A stretch of 64,000 nucleotides of DNA, taken from positions 800,001-864,000 of the forward strand of contig CBDCDZ010000004.1 of NCBI GenBank assembly GCA_965215565.1, read 5' to 3'. Made by a program: the position numbers and the translations under genes. This document shows positions 39,855 through 50,842 of the stretch, one piece after another. Origin of the DNA: Trueperaceae bacterium (GTDB lineage: Bacteria > Deinococcota > Deinococci > Deinococcales > Trueperaceae). The notes beneath the pieces were generated by a model that had not been told where the DNA came from, made no database searches, and saw only the letters and a program-made list of their open reading frames with translations. How positions within the stretch are numbered: position 1 is the stretch's first letter; the number at the start of each line of letters is the position of its first letter.

Positions 39855-41006
39855 CTAAAACTCGCTCAACTCCCGCACGGCAGGCAGCGCCGTGGCCCCC
39901 TCAAACGCATTTACCTCTTCGATAAACCTCTTAAACGAATACGAAGCGTCGTGCGGTCCGGGGCTCGCCTCGGGGTGGTACTGCACGCTGAAAACAGGGT
40001 AGCGAACGTGCGCCATGCCTTCCAAGGTGCCGTCATTCAAGTTGATGTGCGTCGCGCGAAACTGCTGACCGGGGATGGAATCAATGTCCACCGCGTAGTT
40101 ATGGTTTTGCGAGGTGATTTCGACCTCTCCCGTGACAAGGTTTTTGACGGGCGTATTCGCGCCGTGATGCCCGTGCTTGAGTTTGTAGGTCTTGCCGCCT
40201 ACCGCTAAACCTAAGAGTTGGTGTCCCATGCAAATCCCGTAGGTAGGCAGAAGCCCCAGCATCTGCCAGACGGTGTCATGCGCGTATTTAGGGCCGTTCG
40301 GGTCACCGGGACCGTTGGCGATAACGAGGCCATAGGGGTTCAAGGCCATAATCTGCGCGGGCGTGGTTTGCGCGGGCACGACGATGACTTCGGCTCCGGC
40401 TTGCTCGAGCTTGTACACAATCGAGTGCTTGATACCGAAGTCGATGACCGCGACGCGGGGGTTGTCCTTGAAGGTCGGGCGGGCGTACGGAAGAGGTGTG
40501 GTGACCTCTGGGGTCATGTCGCGCCCGTCGATGTCCTCGTGGTCTTTCGCCCGCTGCACCAGTTCAGCGCGGCGCGCCTCGTCCGTCTCGCCATGATAGA
40601 TGATGCCCTTGACGACGCCGCCTTCGCGCAGCCGCCGCGTCAGGGCGCGCGTGTCCACCCCTTCGATGCCCACGATTTTGTGTTCGTCCATAAAGCTCTG
40701 CAAATCCTGATTCGAGCGGTGGTTGCTTGCGACGCGGGAGTATTCGCGGACGATAAACCCTTTTGCAAAGGGACGGTTCGACTCCATGTCGTAGACCGAC
40801 ACACCATAGTTGCCGATGTGCGGGTAGGTCATGGTGACGATCTGCCCGTGGTAACTCGGATCGGTCAGGATTTCCTGGTAGCCCGTCATGGCGGTGTTGA
40901 AGACGATCTCGCCCACCGTCTCGCCGTGATAGCCAAAGGCGTAGCCGGGGTAGAGGGTGCCGTCCTCGAGGGCTAAAAGTGCCGGGGGTTTGTTCAAGAG
41001 GGACAT
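39855..41006 (-). CDS. carA: Carbamoyl-phosphate synthase small subunit
   Basis: [40 protein letters not shown]. Confidence 0.98.
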   Translation of the reverse strand: MSLLNKPPALLALEDGTLYPGYAFGYHGETVGEIVFNTAMTGYQEILTDPSYHGQIVTMTYPHIGNYGVSVYDMESNRPFAKGFIVREYSRVASNHRSNQDLQSFMDEHKIVGIEGVDTRALTRRLREGGVVKGIIYHGETDEARRAELVQRAKDHEDIDGRDMTPEVTTPLPYARPTFKDNPRVAVIDFGIKHSIVYKLEQAGAEVIVVPAQTTPAQIMALNPYGLVIANGPGDPNGPKYAHDTVWQMLGLLPTYGICMGHQLLGLAVGGKTYKLKHGHHGANTPVKNLVTGEVEITSQNHNYAVDIDSIPGQQFRATHINLNDGTLEGMAHVRYPVFSVQYHPEASPGPHDASYSFKRFIEEVNAFEGATALPAVRELSEF

Positions 41007-41063
41007 GCGTGAGTGTAGCAAGAAAAAGCGGGTCAATCTGTTAGGAGAGGTTGAGGAGTTGTT

Positions 41064-41285
41064 ATGCTTGGCGTCATGGCAACGCTTCACCTTATTTGCG
41101 GTCTCCCCTGCTCAGGCAAAACGACCTATGCGAAAAAGCTCGAGCCCCGAGTCTCCGCCCTGCGCCTCACGCCTGATGAGTGGCACGTCGCCCTGTTTGG
41201 TCACGACGTTTTAGAGGAGGAGAGCGGCGCGAGACATGACCTCTCGAGCTTCGCCCCGCGCCTTGTACTCACCAATTTAGGTTAA
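41064..41285 (+). pseudogene. Truncated AAA_33-type P-loop kinase fragment
   Basis: [14 protein letters not shown]...TPDEW, but only about 70 aa. Confidence 0.65.
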
Positions 41286-41375
41286 AATACGTTTATTCTG
41301 TGCTAGCACTCACCTCATGAGGCTCATCTAAAGTGCTTCTCGCTAGTCCTGCACGTTTAACCCTAAGGAGTCTCC

Positions 41376-42158
41376 ATGCGTCTACTGCTCTTCCTGACCT
41401 TATTCATCTTGAATATCGGCTTTGCGCAGTACGAGGACTACGGCAGCGTCTACCGGGGCGACGAGGGCGTCCGCGTCGCGCTGCTGCCCAGCGAGGACGG
41501 CGAAAGCGCACTGATAAGGCTCGAGCGCACCGGCTCGCTCTTAGATGGGCTCGTGTTGTCCGCTGCCTACGACGCCCAGAGCGAGCAGGTCACGCTTGAC
41601 TATCAGGGGCGGGACTGGCCGCTCATCGGCAACGACGGCTACGGCGGCTCGGTGCTGCGCGTCCCCGGTCAGCGGGAAGAATCCCTCTTCTACGACGAAG
41701 AGGCGTCGGAGGGTCTCAACGTCGCCGAGTTCGTGCGCGACGCCGAACGCGACCGCGCCGACGCCGAGTCCGCTACCGCGTTTAGCCGCGAGGACGAGGA
41801 GGCGCGGGTGCTGGCGAGCCTAGAGCCGTCCCTTACAGGTGTTGCTGAGGCGTGCGGCTACAGACCCGCCATGAGCATCGCTTGGGACACGGTCTCGGAC
41901 GCGGCGCTGGCGAACACCAGCATCTATTCGTTCGCCACGATACCCCTAGACGCGATGACGCGGATATGCAACGAGGACGCGGCGCTCGCAGCGCAGCTCG
42001 CAGAGGACGTGTCGGGCGTGGTGTACGCGCTCGGCGGGGCGATGACCCTCGCCGTCAACGACAGCGTGCTCATGTGGCGCAACACCCCGGAGGCAGCGAA
42101 TCAGGAGACGTTCGCTTACGACACGCTGCTCAACGCCCTGCGCACCGCCTCGCCTTGA
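41376..42158 (+). CDS. Secreted hypothetical protein
   Basis: AGGAG RBS, signal peptide ending GFAQ, host-like codon usage. Confidence 0.75.
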   Translation: MRLLLFLTLFILNIGFAQYEDYGSVYRGDEGVRVALLPSEDGESALIRLERTGSLLDGLVLSAAYDAQSEQVTLDYQGRDWPLIGNDGYGGSVLRVPGQREESLFYDEEASEGLNVAEFVRDAERDRADAESATAFSREDEEARVLASLEPSLTGVAEACGYRPAMSIAWDTVSDAALANTSIYSFATIPLDAMTRICNEDAALAAQLAEDVSGVVYALGGAMTLAVNDSVLMWRNTPEAANQETFAYDTLLNALRTASP

Positions 42159-42221
42159 GGTTAGTATGAGGAGCGGACCCGCTAGGGCTTGCAAGTGGCG
42201 CGGTAGCCGACGCGATGCTGA

Positions 42222-42812
42222 GTGAGGTACGAGGTGTCTTACACCGGCGTCCTTGAAGAGGTCGCGCACCTCGTCGAACGCGCCTGCGCCGCGCCCGCCA
42301 ACATCTTCGGCTACGGCATCTGGACGCATCACATCCGAGAGGTCGTGCGTTTGGGCCGAGACTTAGCGGGGGAGTTCGGCGCAGATGAAGAGGTGGTGGA
42401 ACTCGCCGCGCTCCTACACGACTACGCGAGCGTCAAAGATGAGCGGCTCTACGCGGCGCACCATATTCATGGACCGCTCGAGGCTGAAAAAGTCTTAACC
42501 TCTTTAGGCTATCCAGCGAAGAAAATAGACGCGGTGAAAACTTGTATTGCTGAACACCGGGGTAGCGTCAAGAGCGAAAGAAGTACGCCCGAAGCGCGGT
42601 GCTTAGCCTCGGCGGACGCGCTGGCGCACATCCAGAACGTGCCGTCACTGCTTTATTTTGCTTATGTCTACAAGAGGTTAGGAATCGACGAGGGCGCAAT
42701 TTGGGTGAAAGAAAAACTCGAGCGGAGTTGGGAGAAGTTGGAGCCCCACCTCCAAGAGAGGTCAAAAGAGCAGTGCGAAGCGGCGCTCGAGGTGCTCGGC
42801 TCACTTGGATAG
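42222..42812 (+). CDS. HD-domain phosphohydrolase
   Basis: HHIREV, ALLHDY, HHIHG, EHRG, SADA. Confidence 0.88.
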   Translation: MRYEVSYTGVLEEVAHLVERACAAPANIFGYGIWTHHIREVVRLGRDLAGEFGADEEVVELAALLHDYASVKDERLYAAHHIHGPLEAEKVLTSLGYPAKKIDAVKTCIAEHRGSVKSERSTPEARCLASADALAHIQNVPSLLYFAYVYKRLGIDEGAIWVKEKLERSWEKLEPHLQERSKEQCEAALEVLGSLG

Positions 42813-42933
42813 CAGGTATCATCTGGTTTGAGTGTACGTAAGTTTTGCGAAGCAACACTCTCACTACGCAAAGCGGTGTTGCTAGGCAGCAAACTTGCGT
42901 AACTAGCACGTACATTCGGAGATGAAATCCCGC
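42812..42933 (+). repeat. MITE-like element, long form, copy E
   Basis: GCAGGTATCATCTGG...GAGATGAAATCCCGC; begins at the HD gene stop codon. Confidence 0.65.
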
Positions 42934-43100
42934 TAGTCCTTACGGACAGAGATCTGCGCTCATCCGTCTCAGTATGTCTTGGAACTGCTAAGAGACACCG
43001 CACGCACGGTCATGACTTCATCAGGAAAGAAGTGAAGACCCACCACGCGCTTTGTGACAAGCGTGTGAACTATCTCTCTTCTATCCCGTTACACTGAGCT

Positions 43101-43622
43101 ATGAACTTCTTTTTGCGAAGCGTTGTCCTGTTCATTCTCATCGTGTGGGGACATGCGCTTTCTCAGAGCGCATATAGTGTAGGCGAGGTCTCCTACGGCA
43201 CCTATTTCAACGGTCGTTACGGTTTCGCGGTGGCGGTGCCGCTCAACTACCTCCAGCCTCAAAGTAGGGTGCTGGACGGGAACGGTCAGGTCTTCGCGTC
43301 CCCCGACATTGAGATGCGGGTGTTCGGGAGCACCTTGCTGCTCGAGTACGATCTCACCGAGGCGTATGAGGTGCTCTCGCAAGATGCCCCAGATAGACAA
43401 GTCACCTACAAGGTGCAGCGTGACGGTTGGTTCGTCGTGTCGGGCTTCGCTGGCGAAGCGGCGAACACGGTGTTCTACACCAAGGTGATGGAACACCCCG
43501 AGAGCGGCGCATACCTGAGCCTCACCCTCCGCTACGCCCGCGACCTCAAGCCCATCTTCGATCCGATCACCGAAGAGGTGGTGCGCTCGTTTCGGGTGCT
43601 AGGGGGCGTCGGTGGCGGCTAG
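43101..43622 (+). CDS. Secreted hypothetical protein
   Basis: Signal peptide; Y.NGRYGF..VP and WFVVSG motifs. Confidence 0.75.
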   Translation: MNFFLRSVVLFILIVWGHALSQSAYSVGEVSYGTYFNGRYGFAVAVPLNYLQPQSRVLDGNGQVFASPDIEMRVFGSTLLLEYDLTEAYEVLSQDAPDRQVTYKVQRDGWFVVSGFAGEAANTVFYTKVMEHPESGAYLSLTLRYARDLKPIFDPITEEVVRSFRVLGGVGGG

Positions 43623-44659
43623 CTCGGAACGGGCTCGGCTGATATAGGCTGGGCGTCCAAAACGCTCTCAGGAACCTCTTTCATTGCACTCAACAAAGCT
43701 TGGGCGTCCGCGCCCTTCTTGTGCGCGTTCTCGCTGATAAAACGCCGCCAAGAGCGCGCTCCGGGTTGATGCGCGAAGAGCCCCAGCATATGCCGCGTGA
43801 TGCGGCTCAAGTAAACCCCTTCTTCTAACTGCGCTTCAACATAAGGAAGCATCCCCATCACGACCTCTCGCCGCGTCTTAGGTTCTACCTCTTCCCCGAA
43901 CACGCCCTTGTCGACTGTGGCGAAGAGGTAGGGCGTTTCGTAGGCGGCGCGTCCGACCATCACAGCGTCCACCTTATCCAGTTGGGACTGGATAGCGTCC
44001 AACGTCTTAAACCCACCGTTGATTTCAATCAAGAGGTGCGGAAACTCCCGCTTTAAGCGGTGCACCTCTTCGTAGCGCAGGGGCGGCACGGTGCGGTTCT
44101 CTTTCGGGCTCAAGCCTTGCAGCCAGGCTTTGCGGGCGTGCACGGTGAAACGCGCGGGGGCCGCCTCTGACACAACCCGCACGAAGTTCGCCATGTCCTC
44201 ATAGCGGTCGAGTTCGTCTACGCCGATGCGGTGCTTGACCGTGACGGGCAACGAGGTCACGTCGCGCATCGCCGTTACGCACTCGGCCACAAGTTCGGGC
44301 TGCACCATCAAACACGCGCCAAAGTTACCGCTCTGCACGCGCGCCGACGGGCAACCCACGTTGAGGTTGACCTCACTGTAGCCCCAAGTTTCGGCAATGT
44401 GGGCGCACTCGGTAAGGGCAGCAGGGTCGTCACCGCCGAGTTGCAACGCTAAGGGCAACTCTTCGGGTGAAAAGTCCAAGTGACGCGCCTTGTCGCCGTG
44501 AATAATCGCGCCCGTCGTGACCATCTCGGTGTAGAGGAGGGTCCGCCGGGTGAGTTGGCGCATAAAGACGCGGTAGTGGCGGTCGGTCCAGTCCATCATG
44601 GGGGCGATGCTCAGGGGATAGGGGCTTAGAGGATAGGAATTGACGGAATCGCGCTGCAT
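43619..44659 (-). CDS. dusA: tRNA-dihydrouridine synthase A
   Basis: IAPMMDWTDRHYR, NLNVGCPS, HARKAWLQGLSPKENR. Confidence 0.96.
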   Translation of the reverse strand: MQRDSVNSYPLSPYPLSIAPMMDWTDRHYRVFMRQLTRRTLLYTEMVTTGAIIHGDKARHLDFSPEELPLALQLGGDDPAALTECAHIAETWGYSEVNLNVGCPSARVQSGNFGACLMVQPELVAECVTAMRDVTSLPVTVKHRIGVDELDRYEDMANFVRVVSEAAPARFTVHARKAWLQGLSPKENRTVPPLRYEEVHRLKREFPHLLIEINGGFKTLDAIQSQLDKVDAVMVGRAAYETPYLFATVDKGVFGEEVEPKTRREVVMGMLPYVEAQLEEGVYLSRITRHMLGLFAHQPGARSWRRFISENAHKKGADAQALLSAMKEVPESVLDAQPISAEPVPS

Positions 44660-44736
44660 TCTTTAAGTTTACCTTTGGGTTGGAGGTTGAGGCGTAAGAG
44701 GTGAACAGCAATGAGTAATGAGCGAGCCCTTTAGAC

Positions 44737-45054
44737 TCATGGCTCGTTGCTCGTTGCTCGTTGCTGCCTTACTCGCCACACCCTCATCCCCCCCGCCACG
44801 TTATAAACCTCTTCAAACCCTGCCGCCTCGAGGTAAAGCCCCGCTAGTTCCGACACCTGACCTCTTTCGCAGATGAGGTAAACGGGTTTGTCTTTTGGTA
44901 CGTCGGGCAAGTCGCCCGCTTGAACCTCTTCTAAGCTCAGAACTTCCGTCCCCGGTAATCCGTCGCGCTGATGCTGCACTTCGGTCCGCACGTCGAAGGC
45001 GGTGGCACCTCTTGCCAGCACCTCCAAAAACGCTTCAATATCAATAGGGCGCAC
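44737..45054 (-). CDS. Rhodanese-like domain protein
   Basis: FDVR, ICERGQVS, NVAGGM..W. Confidence 0.85.
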   Translation of the reverse strand: MRPIDIEAFLEVLARGATAFDVRTEVQHQRDGLPGTEVLSLEEVQAGDLPDVPKDKPVYLICERGQVSELAGLYLEAAGFEEVYNVAGGMRVWRVRQQRATSNEP

Positions 45055-45056
45055 CG

Positions 45057-45332
45057 TTAGGCTTCGCTGTCTTCTTTCTCGAGCGGAATGAGCGGCCACA
45101 AGATGAGGTAGCCGAGCAGGGTGATGAAGCCGCTGAGCGGCAAGCTGAGCGCGAAGAGGATGCGCAGGGTGCGCGGGTTCGCGTCTACGTATTCGGCGAT
45201 GCCGCCCATGATGCCTGCGACGACGCTGTCATCTCGAGACCGAGTCAAGCGTCCCGGCTTATTCGGACGCCGGGCGCGGCGCTGATCGTGCAAGAGGGTG
45301 TCTCGCCTCGTTTCTATGTTAGGTTCGTCCAT
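45057..45332 (-). CDS. PspC domain protein
   Basis: LTRSRDDSVVAGIMGGIAEY...YLILWPLIP. Confidence 0.88.
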   Translation of the reverse strand: MDEPNIETRRDTLLHDQRRARRPNKPGRLTRSRDDSVVAGIMGGIAEYVDANPRTLRILFALSLPLSGFITLLGYLILWPLIPLEKEDSEA

Positions 45333-45334
45333 CT

Positions 45335-45682
45335 CTACTTTATACCCTCTGTAAACGGAATTTTAGGTTTCTGCGAAGGGTTGCGCAAGGCGGCGTGAAC
45401 TCGCGCCTCTAGCTCGCGCACGTCCACGCCGAGATATTCATCCGGGACGAGCGCGAGGTGAGCGAGCGCCTTGGCGTAGTTGCGCCGCCCCCCTCTCGCG
45501 CTCCCCATCGCTCTGGCTTTGTGCAGCGCCGCCGCTAAGAGGATAACGCCGCCGTAAAACTCTCTATCCAGCCCGCCAGCCTCCAACCAGATAGGCTCTA
45601 AAGCCTCGTGGCACTCCCAGTATTCGCCCGCTCCAAAGAGGTCCACACCGCTCGCCCAAAGGCTAGCTAGTCCGCCGTTCAC
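45335..45682 (-). CDS. DUF309 domain protein
   Basis: GVDLF..GEYWECHEALEPIW, AAALHK. Confidence 0.85.
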   Translation of the reverse strand: MNGGLASLWASGVDLFGAGEYWECHEALEPIWLEAGGLDREFYGGVILLAAALHKARAMGSARGGRRNYAKALAHLALVPDEYLGVDVRELEARVHAALRNPSQKPKIPFTEGIK

Positions 45683-45973
45683 CTCTTCAGTATAGCTCGG
45701 AGTGCGCTTTATGCTCGCTCTACCACAATGTCTCGCTCGTTTCCCGGTGTATTAAGGTGAACTTAGAGAGCGTTGACAAGGTTTCGGTATCTCGATTAAA
45801 CTTCTCTTAACAGCCAAATTAGACGGTGCAGCTCGAGTGTAGTTCGGCCCAACCGTGTTTCGGCCTAGTTGTGGGCTTTGTTGCCCTACCTTTTGAAGGT
45901 TTTAGAAGGAGGGCTCGAGCCTTAGCTATGCCCCGCAGAAAACCTGTCGGGGAAAAAGAAGAGGAGACACGTT

Positions 45974-47260
45974 ATGAAAACCATTGCAACCTCTCTACTC
46001 ACCCTCTTGCTCGCGGGAACTCTGTCAGCGAGTTTCGCGCAGAATGACTTAGAGGGCGACATCACCGTGATGGCGTGGGACGTCGCCGCCGAAGCGCTAG
46101 ACAACCTCGTGCCCGGCTTCAACGAGGAGTACCCCAATGTAACGGTCAACGTCGAGGACTTGGGCAATCAGCAGGTCTACGACAGGGGCTTGGCAGGCTG
46201 CGCTGCAGGCGGACAGGACATGCCCGACGTGTACGCCGTCGAGAATAACGAAGCCGAGGTCTTCTGGAACCGCTTCCCGACCTGCTTCACCGACCTCAGC
46301 ACGATGGGCGCAAGCGAGTTGCGCTCGGACTACCCCGACTTCAAATGGACCGAACTCACCATGGGCGAGCAGATTTTCGCCGTTCCCTGGGACTCGGGTC
46401 CCGTCGTGACCTTCTACCGCCGCGACCTCTACGAGCAAGCGGGCATCAACCCAGACGAGATCGAAACCTGGGACGACTTTATTGCCGCCGGGCAAACTCT
46501 AGGCGAGGCGACGGGCGCGAAGATGCTCTGGTTCGACTTCTCCGACGACGGCGTCTGGCGGCAGCTCGCCAATCAGAACGGCTGCTTCTACTTCGACGAC
46601 GCGGGCGAGGCGGTAACGGCGAATCAGCCCGGCTGCGTGGACGCGATGGAGACCATGAAGCAGCTCTACGACTCGGACGTTGTCTCCATCGTGGGCTGGG
46701 ACGGCGCGATTCAGGCGATCAAGAACGATTCGCTGGCGGGCGCGGTCTTCGGCGCGTGGTACGTTGGCACGATTCAGTCCGAAGCGCCCGAGCAAGAGGG
46801 CAACTGGGGCGTTTATCCGATGCCTGCGAGCGAGCCCGGCGGCGTGCGCGCGGCGAACTTGGGCGGCTCCGCGTTAGCCATTCCCGCCTCCACGGAGAAC
46901 CCCGAAGCGGCGATGGCGTTTTTAGAGTACGCGCTCGCCACGACGAACGGTCAGGTGACGATGTTGGAGGACTACGGCTTGGTCCCCTCCTACTTGCCCG
47001 CTTTAGACGCACCTTACGTGGGCGAAGAGATCGCGTACTGGGGCGGTCAGCCGATTTGGGAGGACATCTTAGCGACACTCGGTGAGATTCCGCAAGCTCG
47101 CGGCACGCAGTACTTCGAAGAGGCGCGGCAGATCGTCACGAACACCTTATCGCAGTACCTCTCGGAGGACGCTTACCCCGACGCGCAAGCCGCGATGGAC
47201 GCCGCGGCGCAACAGATTTCGGCAGCCGTCGGTCTGCCTGTTGCGGAGCAGTCGGAGTAG
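45974..47260 (+). CDS. Sugar ABC transporter substrate-binding protein
   Basis: Signal peptide, YRRDL, NLGGSALAI. Confidence 0.92.
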   Translation: MKTIATSLLTLLLAGTLSASFAQNDLEGDITVMAWDVAAEALDNLVPGFNEEYPNVTVNVEDLGNQQVYDRGLAGCAAGGQDMPDVYAVENNEAEVFWNRFPTCFTDLSTMGASELRSDYPDFKWTELTMGEQIFAVPWDSGPVVTFYRRDLYEQAGINPDEIETWDDFIAAGQTLGEATGAKMLWFDFSDDGVWRQLANQNGCFYFDDAGEAVTANQPGCVDAMETMKQLYDSDVVSIVGWDGAIQAIKNDSLAGAVFGAWYVGTIQSEAPEQEGNWGVYPMPASEPGGVRAANLGGSALAIPASTENPEAAMAFLEYALATTNGQVTMLEDYGLVPSYLPALDAPYVGEEIAYWGGQPIWEDILATLGEIPQARGTQYFEEARQIVTNTLSQYLSEDAYPDAQAAMDAAAQQISAAVGLPVAEQSE

Positions 47261-47596
47261 TGACATGGAAGGGAAAGAGCGAATTTTCCCTTCTCTTTAT
47301 TAAGGACTCGAGCCTTGCGCGGCTCGAGTCCTCCTTGTTTGTCCTGTCTTGACGCTTTTCAGCTTTTGATACCGATTCTGCCAGCGAATGTCGCAGTTTA
47401 GAGCTTCTGAGTTTACCCGCGCTTCGTGTTGGCAAGCCGAACATAGAGCGACTTTTCGAATGTCGCACTTTGACACTCGAAAAGCGAACTGGTACAACTG
47501 CACCACTAAACGGGTTGCAATGGCGCGTACGCTTGAATTTGACGACGCAAAACGTGCACGGATGGGTCCAAAAACACAGATTTATACGGAGTTTCC

Positions 47597-48454
47597 ATGC
47601 GACGAAGCAAACTCATTCCCTATACCTTTTTACTCCCCTATCTCCTTATCTTCATCCTCTTCTGGGCTTGGCCTATTCTAAACTCGTTCTACCTCTCTTT
47701 TTTGGACACACGCAGCTTCCCCAACACCTTCGAGCCGGGCGTGAACTGGGGGCGGCTCGTGAGTGACCCCTTCTTCTGGGAAGCCTTTTGGAACACCTGC
47801 CTTATCCTGTTCGTCCAGGTGCCCGTTATGCTCGTGCTCGCCACGGTGCTCGCGGTGGCGCTCAACTCGCCGCTTTTAAGGCTGCGCGGCTTCTTCCGCT
47901 TCGCCTTCTTTGCGCCTGTAGTCGTCGGCTCGGTGGCGTACTCCGCCGTGTTTCGGCTGCTCTTTAACGATCAGAATGGCGCGGTCAATGCGGCGCTAGG
48001 CGGGCTCGGGCTGCCCACCCTCGACTGGCTCAACACGCCCGGACCGGCGCTCTTTCTCATCATGCTGACCGTGACTTGGCGCTGGACGGGCTACAACGCC
48101 ATCATTATTTTAGCGGGGCTACAAAACGTCCCGCTGGAACTCTACGAAGCGGCAAAAATTGACGGCGCGAACGGCTGGCAGCAGTTCTGGGGCATCACCG
48201 TGCCGATCTTGCGCCCGATCATCCTCTTCGCCTTTGTCCTGTCGGTCATCGGCACGATGCAGCTCTTTACCGAGCCCTTCCTCATCACGCAGGGCGGTCC
48301 CGGCAACGCGACGCTGACCCTGGGCGTCTACCTCTACCAGCAGGGCTTTCGCTCCTTTAACTTCGGGTACGCCTCCGCCATCGGCTACACGATTGCGCTC
48401 TTAGCTATTTTCTTCTCCGTCATCCAACTCCGGTTCTTCGGGAGAGAGTCGTGA
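47597..48454 (+). CDS. Sugar ABC transporter permease
   Basis: EAA loop LYEAAKIDGA. Confidence 0.93.
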   Translation: MRRSKLIPYTFLLPYLLIFILFWAWPILNSFYLSFLDTRSFPNTFEPGVNWGRLVSDPFFWEAFWNTCLILFVQVPVMLVLATVLAVALNSPLLRLRGFFRFAFFAPVVVGSVAYSAVFRLLFNDQNGAVNAALGGLGLPTLDWLNTPGPALFLIMLTVTWRWTGYNAIIILAGLQNVPLELYEAAKIDGANGWQQFWGITVPILRPIILFAFVLSVIGTMQLFTEPFLITQGGPGNATLTLGVYLYQQGFRSFNFGYASAIGYTIALLAIFFSVIQLRFFGRES

Positions 48455-49281
48455 AGCGGGCGCAGCGCGTGAGCAGCTTCTGGCTCCACCTCTTTATCGT
48501 CCCATTGGCGCTCCTCTGGCTCGCACCGCTCTGGTTGATGGTGGTTTTCTCGACGGTCGAAGAGCCCCGTATTTTCAGCACGCCTGTGCCGCTTTTGCCG
48601 GGCGGCAACTTTCTAGCCAACTTTCAAGACCTCCAGGCGGACACGAACTTCGTGCGGACGCTCCTCAATAGCGTGGTGATTTCGGGGCTCTACACGCTGC
48701 TCTCGCTCCTCTTAACCAGCATGGGCGGCTACGCCTTTGCCCGCTACCGCTTCTTCGGGCGGAGTGCCCTCTTTACCCTCGTCATCGCTACGTTGACCAT
48801 CCCCTACTTCGTCGTGGTCATCCCGCAGTACATTTTGGTAGCGCGGGAGTTCTCGCTCACGAACTCTTATATCGGCGTGGTCTTGCCGCTTCTGGCGAAC
48901 TCGCTGGGCATCTTCTTCATGCGGCAGAACTTCATGGGCTTGCCGCAGAGCCTTTTAGACGCGGCCCGGGTAGACGGCGCGGGCGAGTACCGCATCTTCT
49001 TCCAGATCGCGTTGCCGCTGGTGCGCTCCGCGTTAGCCGCGCTAGGCATCATCCTCTTCTTGACCGCCTGGAACGACTATTTGTGGCCGCTCCTCGTCCT
49101 GACCGAAAAAGAGATGTACACCGCGCCCGTCGCGCTCGGCACGCTTTTAGGGCTCACGCGGGTCTCGTGGGGCGGCATCATGGTGGGAGCCGTCTTGATG
49201 ACCCTGCCCTTTTTGATCTTGTTCCTCTTCTTACAGCGCTACTTCGTCGCGGGCATCACGGCGGGGGCGGTGAAGGATTAG
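48451..49281 (+). CDS. Sugar ABC transporter permease
   Basis: DAARVDGA, WNDYLWP, GITAGAVK. Confidence 0.93.
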   Translation: MKRAQRVSSFWLHLFIVPLALLWLAPLWLMVVFSTVEEPRIFSTPVPLLPGGNFLANFQDLQADTNFVRTLLNSVVISGLYTLLSLLLTSMGGYAFARYRFFGRSALFTLVIATLTIPYFVVVIPQYILVAREFSLTNSYIGVVLPLLANSLGIFFMRQNFMGLPQSLLDAARVDGAGEYRIFFQIALPLVRSALAALGIILFLTAWNDYLWPLLVLTEKEMYTAPVALGTLLGLTRVSWGGIMVGAVLMTLPFLILFLFLQRYFVAGITAGAVKD

Positions 49282-49367
49282 GGGCTAGAATACAGAATTC
49301 AGAGCACAGAAGGCAGAATATGCTGTTCTTCTGTATTCTTTATCCTCCATTCTGTATTCTACCCTTC

Positions 49368-49803
49368 ATGTCCCTCTCCCTCCGCTCTGCCACACCCGAT
49401 GACCTGGGGCGCTTAGCCGTCCTCAACAAGCGGCTCATCGAGGACGAGAAGAGCGCCAATCCAATGAGCTTAGAAGCAGCTTCGTGAGCGGATGTGGGGC
49501 TGGCTCGAGGCGGACTACCACGCTGTTCTCTTCGAGCAGACGGATGAGGTCGTCGGTTACGCGCTCTACCGGTTCGAAGATGAAACTTCTGGAGAACGAC
49601 GCGCCGTTTATGTGCGGCAATTTTTCGTTGAACGAGCGCGCAGAGGACAAGGTCTGGGGCGACGAGCCTTTGAAGCGCTTAGACGAGACTTTTTCGGAGA
49701 GGCGCATGTGAGGCTCGAGGTCCTCACCGCCAATCTAGGTGGCTTAGCTTTTTGGCAGAAGTTAGGCTTTGAACCCCGCTCAGTAACGATGGCGTTAAGG
49801 TAA
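49368..49803 (+). pseudogene. GNAT acetyltransferase with an apparent 1-nt insertion near 49476
   Basis: LRSATPDD N-terminus and RRGQGLG / N..GLAFW motifs lie in different frames. Confidence 0.75.
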
Positions 49804-49994
49804 CGTTGCTTTGCCCTCTCGACAAAGGCGGAGCGCAGTAGCTCCACTGATCCTGATCTTTAAGTATAGGCGTCAATACTGAAAGTGCGTGCTAGACGTT
49901 ATGTGTCCGAGATCAACATAAGCGGACGGCGAAACGGGCATAGTGGTACTTAGGTGATATTTTCTATAAAGCTCGAAGCTAGGGGGCTCATATC

Positions 49995-50840
49995 GTGTTT
50001 GGACGCTTAGGACGAAAAGGGCGCGTGCTCGCCGCATTGTGGTTGGGCGTCGGGCTCTACGCCGCTTTTGTCACTATAGGTGCATATATCAGCGAACACT
50101 CCGACGTTGACGTTCTAGGCTTTTCGGCGGACGAGACTTATCCGAGTGTGGAGGAGATAGTCACCCAGAACCGCACGCAGCTCATGATGGTGAGCGCCGA
50201 GCCACCCGCCAAACCTCTTTTGCCTGACCTCGTCGCCTATCCCCCTAGCGACTTGGGCTTAGTTGGCTCACGCGCGGACGGCACCTTGCGCTTAAAATTC
50301 ACCACGCGCTTTAGCAACCAGGGCGAGGGACCCTTAGAGGTCCGCCCGGAGAGCGAGAACAGCGCCAAACTCTTGCAAGTCGTCTACAGCGCTGACCCCG
50401 ACGCGCCCCTCAGCGAACACGCCGAGGTCGGGCACTACACCTTTGAGCAGCGTCACGGGCACCTTCACATCGACACCTTTGCATACTATGAGGTGTGGTC
50501 AGTGGACGCTCAAGGCGAGCTAGAAGAACCGCTCGTCTCCAACCCCAAAGTGGGTTTTTGCCTCATCGACGCCGAAATCGCTGACCCGGCGATGACCTCT
50601 AAAGAGATGCAGGTCTATTGGGGCTGCCGCAGCGAGGTGCAGGGGCTCTCACCAGGCTGGGGCGACGTGTATACCGCACAGCTCGCCATGCAGGATTTGA
50701 ATGTTAGCGGTCTACCCGACGGACGCTACGCGCTAGTCAACGTCATCAACGCGCAGGAGAACTTAGTCGAGAGCGACTACACGAACAACCGCGCGTGGGT
50801 TTATCTGAGGATTGCGGGTGGGGTGCTTAGGCTCGAGTAA
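49995..50840 (+). CDS. Membrane-anchored lysyl oxidase family protein
   Basis: LPDL, HGHLH Cu site, KVGFCL, QGLSPGWGDVY, ESDYTNN. Confidence 0.85.
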   Translation: MFGRLGRKGRVLAALWLGVGLYAAFVTIGAYISEHSDVDVLGFSADETYPSVEEIVTQNRTQLMMVSAEPPAKPLLPDLVAYPPSDLGLVGSRADGTLRLKFTTRFSNQGEGPLEVRPESENSAKLLQVVYSADPDAPLSEHAEVGHYTFEQRHGHLHIDTFAYYEVWSVDAQGELEEPLVSNPKVGFCLIDAEIADPAMTSKEMQVYWGCRSEVQGLSPGWGDVYTAQLAMQDLNVSGLPDGRYALVNVINAQENLVESDYTNNRAWVYLRIAGGVLRLE

Positions 50841-50842
50841 CC

